From: Octopus vulgaris
Lineage: Eukaryota
Length of the DNA stretch: 64,000 nt
Assembly: GCA_951406725.2 (NCBI GenBank)
Contig: OX597834.1
Span: 45,508,001 to 45,572,000, forward strand
Direction of reading: 5' to 3'
Shown here one piece after another: positions 1 to 11,845 of the stretch. Below the pieces are notes generated by a model, which saw nothing but the letters and a program-made list of their open reading frames with translations, was not told the origin of the DNA and did not search any database. The translations under genes were made by a program, and so were the position numbers. Positions within the stretch are counted from its first letter, which is position 1, and the number at the start of each line of letters is the position of its first letter.

Positions 1-1319
1 AAAAATATTGTTGAAGAATTCATTAAGCGTGAGGAACATATACGCTTTATCAATGAAGATTGTGAATGGGAACAGTTAAGGTTTATCAATAAATGTAAAT
101 AGAATGAAGTCACAAATAAAGAATAGAGTCACTCTATACTATAAGATTTATTAATAAAATAACTATCATAAATAATACTTAATACAGAATAAATTAAATA
201 ATTAAAAACCACTAATTATTATATAAACTCTAAAAATCTTATAAAATAAATAAATATATATATATAAATGTTTTTGATAGTAACCCTTCTACGTACTATT
301 AAATTCTTTCCCATATACACTTATAATTATAATCTAAAACTAGTGATCATAACCAAAATCTCTAATACTTATCAAAATTTGAGGTATAACTATACATGCG
401 TTTACATATATATATAATTATACATACATATATTTAGATATATATATACATACATACACATACATACATGCGCATACATACATACACATACACATATATA
501 CACACACCCATACACACACAAAAATAAATGTATATACATATACATATATATACACGTCCATAAACATATACACATATATACATACATACACACACAAACA
601 CATATATCATATAAATAAATACGTATATAAATGCCTATATTCATACTTCAATACAAACATAGAGGTAAAAATTAAGTTTAATCTATATATACTACCTTAC
701 TAATCTATATTTCTATATTAAATAAAATAGATTAAATAAACATCCAACTAAATCTATTTCAAATATAAAGAGATTATATACATATAGATTAATTTAACAA
801 AATTATAATTTAACAAATTTATAACAGAAATATAACAAAATATATAAACTTAACTTTATTATAAGATAAATATATATATATTATATATCAAATTATTTAT
901 ACTCAGCATTATTATGAAGTAATAAATTTATAAAATTAATAGCATATTACATTATTTTTTTAATATAACATATAAAAAATCATGTAATAAATCACCTACT
1001 ATATTTCAGATTAATACTATTACATAAATCAACAAATAAGGAGCTAATTAGGGCTAAGAAATATGCAGTATTTATCTAGAAATTTATTATCTAAGTAGAG
1101 TAACTTATATCTGCATTTTAGTTTGCGCTCATCCCAGGTATTCACAAAATTATCATGCTTATAAAATAAAATTTCCTTAAACTCATTTGAACATAAGTAA
1201 CAAAAATTCCCTCCTATACTATATGATTTAGCCTTACTTATTATTTCCCATGTTAAATCATAATTAATATTTTGGGATTTATGTATGCATGCATGTATGT
1301 ATGGATATATATGTACATA

Positions 1320-1562
1320 CAGGGTGGCCCAAAAGTAGGTTTACAGTTATCACGGAGGCACTTTAAATTTCTTATAAAGCATTTTATGATATTGAAATTT
1401 CTATCTTACAAACTGAAAAGGGAGCTTCAGAACATTAACTAAATTAGCATATATCAATGATTTCAAATTTGTTTTTTTATAATTAATATCTAAACTCTTA
1501 ATATATGAATGCGAAAGAGATAGTAGAATAATTATAAACTACTTTTATATATAACTACTATA
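1320..1562. mobile_element. Tc1/mariner-type MITE with decayed right TIR
   Basis: Left end TA|CAGGGTGGCCCAAAAGTAGGTTTACAGTTAT (1320-1350). The right end ATAATTATAAACTACTTTT...CTATA (1528-1562) matches its reverse complement with G>A/C>T changes and small indels. Confidence 0.6.
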
Positions 1563-1627
1563 TATGTACTTAATCATATCGAAGAGCCTAGCGCGTAAAA
1601 ATTTAGTTCAAAGACTATATATTACTC

Positions 1628-1890
1628 ATAACATACAGTGTACATATAAACACATAAGTAATCCAGTTGTGGGATTCAACACGCTAAAAAGGACAGCTAG
1701 GTTCTATAAAATTAAGGATAAAAATCCGACAGGAACGAAATGAAAAAATGGTAAAATATTTTTATTCTTTCATTTCGTTCCTGTCGGATTTTACCCCTAA
1801 TTTTGTGGTTGTAATACCTAGCTGTTCTTTCTAGCGTGTTGAATCCCACGAGTGGATTCCTTATGTCTTTAAATGTATACTGTATGTTAT
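1628..1890. repeat. ~120-bp-arm inverted repeat (fold-back), probably Penelope-type terminus
   Basis: Arms 1628-1745 and 1768-1890 are reverse complements (e.g. GTGGGATTCAACACGCTA / TAGCGTGTTGAATCCCAC; AAAATCCGACAGGAACGAAATGAAA / TTTCATTTCGTTCCTGTCGGATTTT). The right arm runs into (TA)n. Confidence 0.85.
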
Positions 1891-3029
1891 ATATATATAT
1901 ATATATACGTATAAATGCATACATACATACTTACATATATACATGCATACATGTACAAACATACATACCTTCGGTCTCATGGAGCCCAGCAAACGCTATC
2001 AGAAGACACATTAAAACCGCACAGGTTGTTCCTTTCATGATGCTCTCAACGTTAGTTGCAGTGAGCGAATGTTCTGCTAAACTTAACTGGCTTTATATAT
2101 ATATATATATATATATATACCAACATACACACACATATATCCACCATACGTTCAAAAGAACCAAATGTTATAATGCGTAATCTCTCACCCCTACCTACAT
2201 CTTTGCCGTTAGACACTACGTCAGTTTAAGTATGCCCGTGCATGTACGTATGTATGTGTGTATGTATGTATATATCTATCTATATATATATGTGTGTGTG
2301 TATGTGTGTGTATATGTAGGTTTATGTATGTATATGTATGTATGTGTGTGCATTGTGTGCATATATGTGATTAAGAATCTATACCTTTATGACTGTATAA
2401 ATATATGCATATATACGTGTGTGTGACCAAGTGTGTGTGCGTGTGAGTGTACTTTTGCTAGTCGGTGTGGGTATGTGGATGTGTGGGTGTGTGTAAATAT
2501 GGATGTCATGTACCGTTAAATCTACGTATATATTTGTATGTTTGTGTGAGTCTATATATACATGTATGTGTATATATATATGTATGTATATATACACACA
2601 TATATATATATTTATACATAGATATACGCTCAGATACACACACACACACACATACACACACACACACATATATATATATATGCATACATAATATATGTAT
2701 TCATGAATGTATACATATACGCGCACACGCAGTGATTATGAGCATGTGTCTGCGTCTGCGCGTCAGTGTGCTTGCATGATTGGAGGCTTGTTTGTGACAG
2801 AAAAATAAAGAAAGGTTGCACAGATTAACAGGTGTTTACATTCACAGTACATGCGATATATAATAATCACGATTATCGCCCCACATGTTTTCACTGATTC
2901 TACTCAATTGTTAATACGTCAGATATTTTCAAATGCTTTATTAAGCAAAAGAAAATAACAAGGGACTTTTAAATATATACATTAATATAGATGACATTTG
3001 AATAACGTCTTTTTTTATGGATTTAGCCC

Positions 3030-3600
3030 TAAGGTTATTGCCATGCTGGTGCACCACCAGTGTTATCTCCTTTTCAATGGCCATTCGTTTGTGATTAGCT
3101 TTTCGTGAAGAATGCAGTTCGATATTGCTGGTGTCTAGGGGTTTCTTACCGCGATGCAGGTCCATCTGGGAGCTTGGAGTGCAGAATACCAAGATGTTTC
3201 TGGGAAACATTTACCATAACTGAAGGTAGATATCTCAGATGTTTTCGCAAGGTACGAAATAGCCGTGGACACTCGTATCCCAAGCTCTTGCAGCACAAGA
3301 GTAAGCTAAGACATTTGGAACTGTGCAGAGGCGGTCTACTCGGTACAAAAGTTTGGTGATAAATCCTACAGAATCTTTCATACATATATTACAGCATATA
3401 CCTCCTGTCTTCACTCCGCGGAGTAGAGTCGTACTTCTTGCAGCGTTTCCCAGGTAGCGAAGCTGCTCCATTGATGCAATATTTCTGGTGTAGTACTGCT
3501 GAGCTGCCTCAAGTGCACCAATTAATTTGATACTGTCGGTGCCCCAAATTCAGAGCAGTATTCCAAATGGCTGAGGACAACTTCCTCATTAGAACCATCA
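3030..3600 (-). pseudogene. Old CR1/L2-group LINE ORF2 C-terminal fragment
   Basis: Minus-strand frames give VLSHLEYCS...TWETLQEVRLYSAE*RQEVYAVIYV*KIL*DLSPNF, homologous to VRPHLEYCC...YWDRLKALKLYSLQRRRERYIICTMWKI of the adjacent LINE; many stops and frameshifts. Confidence 0.7.
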
Positions 3601-4033
3601 TGTCTTATATTTCTTATTTTTGTATTTTCGAATTTTTCCAGGTAGTGACCCGAGGCCATGCTGGAGCAGTGACTTCGAGACTTTTAGTCCCACAAATCAA
3701 TTCCAGTAGTTACTTTTTTACATATTTTACAGACGTTACTGGTAAGTTAAGGAGACATAAACAAACCAATACCGATTTTCAGAGGCGGTCGAGAAAGACA
3801 GACAGATACATATGAATACATACGTATATACATACACAAATATATACACACATACACACACATATATGAATTTGAGAAGTGTGTATGTGTGTGAAGAAAT
3901 TGCCCACTCAATCATATGGTTCTGGTTTCAATTCCACTGCCTGTTACTTACGTATTTATTAATATAGGTATGTATATATTTATATCTACATGCACACACG
4001 AATCTATACACATTTACAAAAGCATATATATAT

Positions 4034-5760
4034 AAACTTAGATAAACTTAGATATGTTTCGACCAGAGATTGGTCCAGGCCATGTCTAACTTAATAGCAC
4101 CACCTGATAGGATTATTCGAATCCTGTTTAAGTCAAGTTTTGTTCAAGTAGTGAGTTCTTGTTGGGTGAGTTGTATCCAATTATGGGTGGCTTATCTGGT
4201 ATTCTTTGAAGGAATATATCCAGACTCTGTTTAAAGTTGATGGGATCCTTTTCCTCTTTGATCTCCCTCGGGACAATGTTAAATAGGGCAGGGCCTGTTG
4301 AGGAAAAGAAATTATGTTGCAGTGTACATGTATGTTGTGATCTTGAATTTGGCAGGAGACGTATATCCCGTGGTCCAAGTCTTGGATGAACCTTGAAGCT
4401 AATGTTTAGGTCGTTTGGGCAAAGTTGGCGGTATATTTTCCACATCGTACAAATGATGTACCGCTCACGGCGACGCTGGAGGGAGTAAAGTTTCAAGGCT
4501 TTAAGGCGATCCCAATAATCGAGAGCAGCCATGCCTTCAATTTGTTTAGTGAGAGCCCTCTGGGGTGACTCAATTCTGGAGATGTTTTGTCTTGTGTGAG
4601 GAGACCACAGTGGGCAGCAGTATTCAAGGTGTGGCCGTACAAAGGAGGAAAAAAGTGGTATGATGACACCTTGTTCTCTGGACCGGAAAGTTCTTAAGAT
4701 GCAGGAACTCATCCTACGAGCTATATCGACCTTCTTGTTGATGTGTGCACTCCAACTGAGATCGTCATCAACAATCACACCCAGGTCTCTGATATTGTTA
4801 GAGGCTGTGAGCGGTTCCCCTGAAGGAAGAGAGTATGGTTGTTTTAGTGAGGAATTTCTTCTAAAATGCATCAGCTCAAATTTTCCCTCATTCAGTTGCA
4901 TTTTGTTTCTGTCTGCCATTGACTCACAGCATATAGATCAGACTGGAGTTGAGTTCGGTCTGCTTCTTCATTGACGATTTGCTGGAGCTTAGTGTCATCA
5001 GCGAATATTTTCACTTTGCAGTGATGTACGACACTGGAAAGGTGGTTTACGTAAATTATGAAGAGTAGCCGACCCAAAACAGTTCCCTGGGGAAAACCGC
5101 TGGTGACTTTTGCTGGGTTTGAGTGGACTCCATCAACTACAACATGTTGTGTTCTATTCGCCAGGAAATACTTAATCCAGTGTAGAACTTTCCCACGGAT
5201 TCCAACATTTGCCAATTTTGAGAGTAGGATGTTATGGTCTACCCTGTCGAACGCTTTACTGAAATCAAGATATATGACGTCAGAGTTCGAACCTGTTCCC
5301 AAGGCTTTGAGTACATCTTCAATGTGGTGTAAGAGCTGTGTTAGACAGTCCCTGCCACAGCGAAAGCCATGCTGATTTGAATTTAGGAGTTTGTGGGTCT
5401 CCAGGAAGTCAGCTATCCTTGATCTTAACACTCTTTCAAACACTTTAATGATGTGGGAGGTGAGTGAGATTGGGCGATAGTTGACTGCGAGGGATTTGTT
5501 TCCCTCTTTGAAAACCGGGATGACCGACTGGGATAGAAACTGTTTCGGTATATAACCTGCGTCTAACGAATTTCTCCAGAGGTTGGTCAGAGGGACTGAA
5601 AGTTGATATCTACATTCCTTCAGGAGACTAGCGGGAAATCTATCAGGGCCTACAGCAGAGTAATGTTTGACCTTATTTATTGCTGCTACGATGTCGGTGG
5701 CAGTGAAGGTTATGTCTGCGATGTTGTGTTGGGAGTCAACTTCGTTCGTTTCCCTCACGT

Positions 5761-5761
<1 letters not shown>
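4034..5761 (-). mobile_element. 5'-truncated CR1/L2-group non-LTR retrotransposon (reverse transcriptase, one frameshift)
   Basis: ORF 4892-5758 has NYRPISLTS, QHGFR, YLDFSKAFDRV, GFPQGTVLG and IFADDTK. ORF 4128-4919 continues after a frameshift near 4917 (IRDLGVIVD, VRPHLEYC, SLQRRR). The 3' tail is (ATCTAAGTTT)x2 at 4034-4053 and the 5' end abuts (TA)n at 5762. Confidence 0.93.
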
Positions 5762-5814
<53 letters not shown>

Positions 5815-5859
5815 TTGTGTTCGTATGTATTTATAAATATAAATATACATATGTATATA

Positions 5860-6003
5860 TATGTCTCCTTGTTTTTTTCTGTGTTACTTTCTGTGGAAGA
5901 GCTTAGGCTCGAGATGTTAAAGACTTTTTCACTTCCCGAGCGTTATACTAATACATCTGTTTGTTGTCTACACCACTTCCCTTTTGGGGTGAATTCTTCT
6001 AAT
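5860..6003 (+). mobile_element. Short non-coding Penelope-type element with degenerate hammerhead
   Basis: CTTT CTGTGGA A GAGC-TTAG-GCTC GAGATGTT AAAG at 5887-5922; same family as 13700-13845 and 62530-62748. Confidence 0.7.
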
Positions 6004-6543
6004 ATATACATTTATGTATTTATGTATGTATGTGTGTAAGTATACATGCATGTATGGAATAAACAGATCTTTCAAGTTTCCATAAACACACTTCCATACC
6101 CATTCTACAGATCATTATGTATTTCTCGTTTAGACAGCTATTGTATGACGTCTTTATTGTTAGTTAATATGTAACTTCCAATAACAATATTGTTCCGTTA
6201 ACTAATTACTTTAAATTCAATTTGATTATTTTTTCTTTAAATTTTACATTACCTATTCCCGAGACTTCCAACAGCATTGAATAACTCAATAGTTCTTATT
6301 ACCAGACAGAATCGTAAAATATTTATTGGCGTTATTAATGTAACTTATACTTCAACTTGTAAATTTTAATAACATATAATAACCACAAACGAGATTCCTA
6401 TGGAGAATTTAAAAAAACATAAACATATAGAGATTGTTTCTTCCTATTGATATATTTGTGTGTGAGAGTGTGTGTTGGTGTGTGCTTATTTGTATGAGCA
6501 TGTGAGCTTGTGTGCCTGTCTACGTATGTGTGTATACATATGT

Positions 6544-6605
<62 letters not shown>

Positions 6606-6780
6606 ATAAGCTCAAATATTTTTGACACTATCAACATTCAACATACACGAATGTTTATTTAGAAAGTTAAATATTTTCTTCACATGCATTCTTCGTGGCA
6701 CTTTACCATTTCCGCCAACGTCATTGTACAAGTCAGTCCATTTATTACATACTCTGAACTAAGCTGTGTTTTTAATTTAA

Positions 6781-6851
<71 letters not shown>

Positions 6852-7339
6852 CGTTTGGTTTGTTAAAAACAATGTATTTGTGCTGCATAACAAAACGGCC
6901 TCAACTTATGGAATTTCAAGAATGGTTGATTCAGAATGACAGAAATGTCATTCCATGACCTTTGCCAGTGGCACCGGTATACACACATACATCTCATATA
7001 AATATTCTCAGACACAACGATACGCATACATTCACATACACACGCTCACATACATACACACAAGCCCGTGCGCACACGCACAAACACACATACGTGCATA
7101 CACACACATACAGAGGCACAACAGTTCCTACGCCAAATTACTTATATCAAATGGCAATTTCATAAATAGTAGGAGATCATTATATTGTTTAAGTGACCAA
7201 ATCAGTCTATTTACATATATATTAAGCATATTCTTACGCATATACATACAAACGATATCTATGCACATACAAGATTCATTTCTCTATCAGGTCATCCTGG
7301 TACCATAACTAAATATTAGGGTACACTGAAATTAAGGTT

Positions 7340-7510
7340 TGTTTTAGTAGACATAAAACGCTAGTCAGAAATTCTTGATTTCACATCAACCCTGGACAGG
7401 ACAAAACACGGAAAATCTCTTACGCGTGATAGAGATCTGAATACAGCAATGCAGGAGCGTGTAGTGTGGAAAGGGATTGTCTACGAACTTCCGACCAATC
7501 AACTGTTGAT
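7340..7510 (+). pseudogene. RTE-clade LINE 3' end fragment
   Basis: Translates LTRDRDLNTAMQERVVWKGIV, resembling the RTE C-terminal AMxDRxxW motif, followed by a short (GAT)n tail. Confidence 0.5.
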
Positions 7511-7743
7511 TGAAGGATGATGATTACATCTCCTAGATTCGAACCCCAACGACTGGCGGCAACAATTAAAAGATCTAGTTGATAAGACTTAAGATTACAT
7601 ATTAAGTAAATGGAAACAACAGACTACATGTAACCTATCATCAGACATGATGAAATTGAAATAATATTCAGTACAGGAAGCATAAATCTATAAATATAGG
7701 GGTAGATTTTAAAGGAAGCGAGTACCACGTCCTGGTGCTATAC

Positions 7744-7809
<66 letters not shown>

Positions 7810-7984
7810 CTGTTGAAATTTACAGAAAAACAAAAGACGAAGACAGGGATTAATCAAATGCAGTACCAACCAAGTATTGGGTTCGAGGGTATATCAACCA
7901 AACCCATCCCGATAAAAATTGTTGGCGTTGTGCCAAAATTTGAAGCCATTATTATTATTATTATTACTATTATTATTATTATTA

Positions 7985-8140
7985 GTTTACTGTACGTTTT
8001 GAGTTCAAATTCCGCCGAGGTCGACATTGCCTTTCATCTTTTCGGATGAATTAAATATCAGTTGCGCATTGGGGTCGATCTAAGGGACTGACCTGTTTCC
8101 CCAAAACTTCGGTCATTGTATCTAGAATAGAAAAGATTAT
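7985..8140 (+). mobile_element. tRNA-derived SINE family A, partial
   Basis: B-box GAGTTCAAATTCC followed by GCCGAGGTCGACATTGCCTTTCATC, shared with the copies at 23112, 44228, 44452, 55352 and 57665. Confidence 0.75.
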
Positions 8141-8449
8141 TATTAGTTAACTATTTCTTCTAATTATCATTATTTAAGGCGGTGAGCAAAATGGTTAAAT
8201 AGACCCTCGTGCAACATCGTGCAATGCTTCTAATAGCAGAAACACCTGTAAGCCAAGAATCTGTTACTAAATGCAATAAGGAGATTGCTGTAAGTTATTT
8301 CATTACCTAATGAAACGTAATCACTTACGTTAATTGATATAATGTTCTATATTCACATGGCGCTTTACTCTAAAGCATAAGTATATTTAGGTATAAGAAG
8401 TGGTTATTCGTATCGCTATAACTAACTAGAATCATATATATTCATTCAT

Positions 8450-8542
<93 letters not shown>

Positions 8543-8577
8543 TATATACACATACATTCACATTTATATACATATAT

Positions 8578-8609
<32 letters not shown>

Positions 8610-8775
8610 GTACATATATATAGATGCACATATGTGTGCGTATGTATATATATATGTGTGTGTGTGACAGTGTGTACAGTTATGTAAATGTATATACGTA
8701 GATATATACATATACACAGATAGAAGTGTATACATGTGTGAATGTAAAAATACACACGCACACACACACACACAC

Positions 8776-8820
<45 letters not shown>

Positions 8821-8959
8821 TAAATTAGAGACAAAACCACTATTAGGCAAATCATACAATGAAAAACTTAAGCCAAAACATAAGATTATTTAATTTATAT
8901 TTTTTTAATATATAACAAAATTATTAAAAAACAAATTATAAAAAAAATATAATTAATAT

Positions 8960-9027
8960 ATCACTACGATCGTTTCATGGCTGTTAATTTCTTTAAATTT
9001 TCAAGTCACAGTCATTCATCAGGTGGT
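8960..9027 (-). ncRNA. Minimal type-I hammerhead ribozyme motif (minus-strand mirror)
   Basis: Exact reverse complement of the 9067-9134 motif. Confidence 0.7.
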
Positions 9028-9066
9028 TTAAATATTTATCTAAACCTCGCCAAGATAAATATTTAA

Positions 9067-9134
9067 ACCACCTGATGAATGACTGTGACTTGAAAATTTA
9101 AAGAAATTAACAGCCATGAAACGATCGTAGTGAT
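9067..9134 (+). ncRNA. Minimal type-I hammerhead ribozyme motif
   Basis: ACCAC CTGATGA [ATGACTGT...ACAGCCAT stem II, 7/8 paired] GAAA C GATC GTA GTGAT. Stem III is the palindrome ACGATCGT; predicted cleavage after GUA at 9129; stem I is short (CAC/GTG). Confidence 0.7.
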
Positions 9135-10354
9135 ATATTAATTATATTGTCTTAATAATTTTGTTATATATTTAAATAATATAAATTAAATAATCTTATG
9201 TATTGGCTTAAGTTTTTCATTGTATGATTTGCCTAATAGTGGTTTTGTCTCTAATTTAATATAATATAATATTTTACTATAAAATTGAATTCAATCCTAA
9301 ATCTGATTTTTCCCTGTAAGTTTGGATTTATTCTCTAATATTTATTATATATATATATGTGTGTGTGTGTATATATATATATGTATAATACACACATATA
9401 TATAACTATGTATATATATATGTATGTGTGAATATATGCATACACACACACACATATATATATGTACACACACTCTGTCTCTCTCTCACACACACTCTTG
9501 CGCGCACACACACAAACCCATATCAATATAACTCTTAGGCTTAGGGATAACAGTAATTAGATCCTAGAAGTAGGATGTATGCTTCCATGTAAATCACCAG
9601 CTGAGTACAGAGCATAAAATTAGTTAACGAATGACAAGTTAACAGAGGCTATATGATTAATTGTGACAACCATTTCTGCCATTGGAACTCGCACAAGCAC
9701 TCACCACTTAGAGCAATGTACCTAAGAGTAAAAGCAGCGGCAGGCTACTGAGTGCAATTGTGTAACTTCTGTTCAGTGTCACAATACAAAAGATTTAACT
9801 TGCACACATTAGATTCATGCACACAGACGATCACAAACATACCCACATATTCTTGCTTACAAGCATACAGACAAACGTACACACACAGCCTGCCCATATA
9901 CACATGCACCCGTAAGCATTAGCTTCATAACCACACACGCGCTTGCTGTCAAACACACGCATATGCCAGGTCAACATTGTCTTCCTTTCCACCCTTGCCA
10001 CAAGTCCACTCCACAGTTGTCCCCCTTGGCCCACTTCCGGTCATTGCTACACCCGCTTACGGTCTATTTGTGACACTTTTTCTCTCTCCTCTTAATTCTC
10101 ACTTAGTTTATTCTTTCGCATAGCGTATGTTCGGAACGCAAAGGATCTTAGCATCGCGAAACGCCTGGCTGGAAGTCCAACATTCCGAGTTCTTTTACAC
10201 GGCTCAGAAAAAAATGAAGGACCGCTACAATAAGCGTATGAATCTGAGAAGGGCGTATGCAGAATAAAATGATAATTGACTGATAAATTTTCCTGTAAAC
10301 GAAACTAGGAACATATCAGCAATCATCAAGTATATATATATATATATATATACA

Positions 10355-10428
10355 TGGGGTTAGTAGCCCACGCTCTTAAACACTACGCCATATGCCTGGA
10401 GGCATATGGCGTAGGGGTTAATAATAAC

Positions 10429-10483
<55 letters not shown>

Positions 10484-10631
10484 GTAATAATAATAATGAC
10501 ATCGAAAAATAGCTCAGGAATGAGAACCTAGGTTTGAAATTTCCCCAACAAACAGGATAAGGACAAATACCCGTCAAATGTAAATAATGTAAGTAATGTA
10601 CATAACTCCTCATCTCTTAAATATAGAACTG
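10355..10631 (+). mobile_element. tRNA-headed (AAT)n/hammerhead element, copy with fold-back head and deleted ribozyme
   Basis: Inverted tRNA-like head at 10355-10396, direct head start GGCATATGGCGTAGGGGTTAA at 10401, (AAT)n to 10497, then a tail matching 61492-61632 (AGGAATGAGAACC.AGGTT.GAAATTTCCCCAA...GGACAAATA.CCGTC.AAT.TAAATAATGTAA) but without the hammerhead. Confidence 0.8.
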
Positions 10632-11029
10632 GAAGAAACAACCATTCTCAGATTTTATAATAAAATAATAATGCCAGCAAGTTATATTTGTTGAAAAGGA
10701 ATACGTCACCTTGCCACATAAATCACTCACCCAAAACACATACACACATACATGCTGGTGTCGTTCAGTCATGCCATTTCTACTTTTCCCTTTTCCTCCA
10801 TCTTATAGTCATTATCTTCGGCATATTCTCCAGTTTCTTAGAATGAACTACAGAACCACAACGAGTTCTAAAGTTTCACTACTCAAAATACGAACTTGCA
10901 AAAGGAAAAAAATAAAGTATTGGGGTCGTTTTCTTCAATTAAAACACTTCAAGGCAGTGCTCCAGCATCGCCGCAGGCTAGTAACGGAAATAAGAATGAG
11001 ATATGAGATGAAGATCATCTTTCAGACAA

Positions 11030-11176
11030 AACTGTGGTTACGAAGTTCGCTTCCAACCACTTGCTTTCCGGTTCAGTCCAACTGAACTGCACCTTGGCAA
11101 GTGGCTTCTACGATAGCTCAGGGCTGCTTAATGCGTTGCCAGTGAATTTTGTGGAGAGAAACTGTGTGAAAGACCG

Positions 11177-11211
<35 letters not shown>

Positions 11212-11460
11212 TATGTTTGTATGTGTGTGCGTGTGTGTGTGTTGGTGTGAATTTCTTTGAGTTATTTTTTTCCTACAAATCTTGACACGCTATGCTGGTT
11301 TGTTTACATCCCACTATCATGGCAGCCTGGCGCAAGATTCCGATAAAATAGATATCAGACCTTTAAAAATATAACTACCGTGGTCACTTTCTTCGAGTCA
11401 AATATTTCGAGGCGGTGACCCAGCATGGTCGCAATCCAGCAACTAAAACGAGAAATGAGA
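11030..11460 (+). mobile_element. tRNA-derived SINE family B, diverged
   Basis: CCAACCAC...GGTTCAGTCC...GCACCTTGGCAAGTG head, internal (TG)n, and CCCAGCATGGTCGCA tail, as in 19209-19600. Confidence 0.65.
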
Positions 11461-11512
11461 GATAAAGATCGTCTTGTGGTCAATAATGCATTGAGCATTC
11501 TTCAGTTCCACC

Positions 11513-11845
11513 AAAGACGCGTTTGAAGGGCTGTGGTTTAGTCGTAAGTGTATTCAATGTAAGATCCTGTGGCCGTGATCTCAATTACTGGTGCGCATTC
11601 TGTCTTTTAGTATGACACTTTCACATTGCTCCAGTCCACTTAGCTAGCAAAAAGGAATTCGTACCTGTAGTTCAGTCAGCCAGCTTTGCTACATAATGTG
11701 TGTCACGCTAAATTTCCCTGAGAACTACGTTGGATGTACGCATGTCTGTGGAGCACTCAACCATGTACACGTTAACTTCATGAGCAGGCTATTTTGTTGG
11801 CCGAATCATTGGGAGCACTGGTCATCGTTACTGACAGAGTGGCAA
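11513..11845 (+). mobile_element. tRNA-derived SINE family C, diverged
   Basis: GACACTTTCACATTGCTCCAGTCCACTTAGCT core shared with 48921-49261, 54030-54165 and 63770-63974. Confidence 0.6.

Larger units (their letters stand above)
8811..9345 (+). mobile_element. Penelope-type non-autonomous element with inverted 5' copy (palindrome 8811-9268)
   Basis: Arms 8811-9041 and 9053-9268 are near-perfect reverse complements around an 11-nt spacer. A hammerhead lies in each arm, and (TA)n lies on both sides. Confidence 0.8.

Noticed and set aside
4660-5375. + strand ORFs 4660-4974 and 5058-5375 (and - strand 60435-60722)
   Set aside because: Antisense shadows of LINE ORFs.
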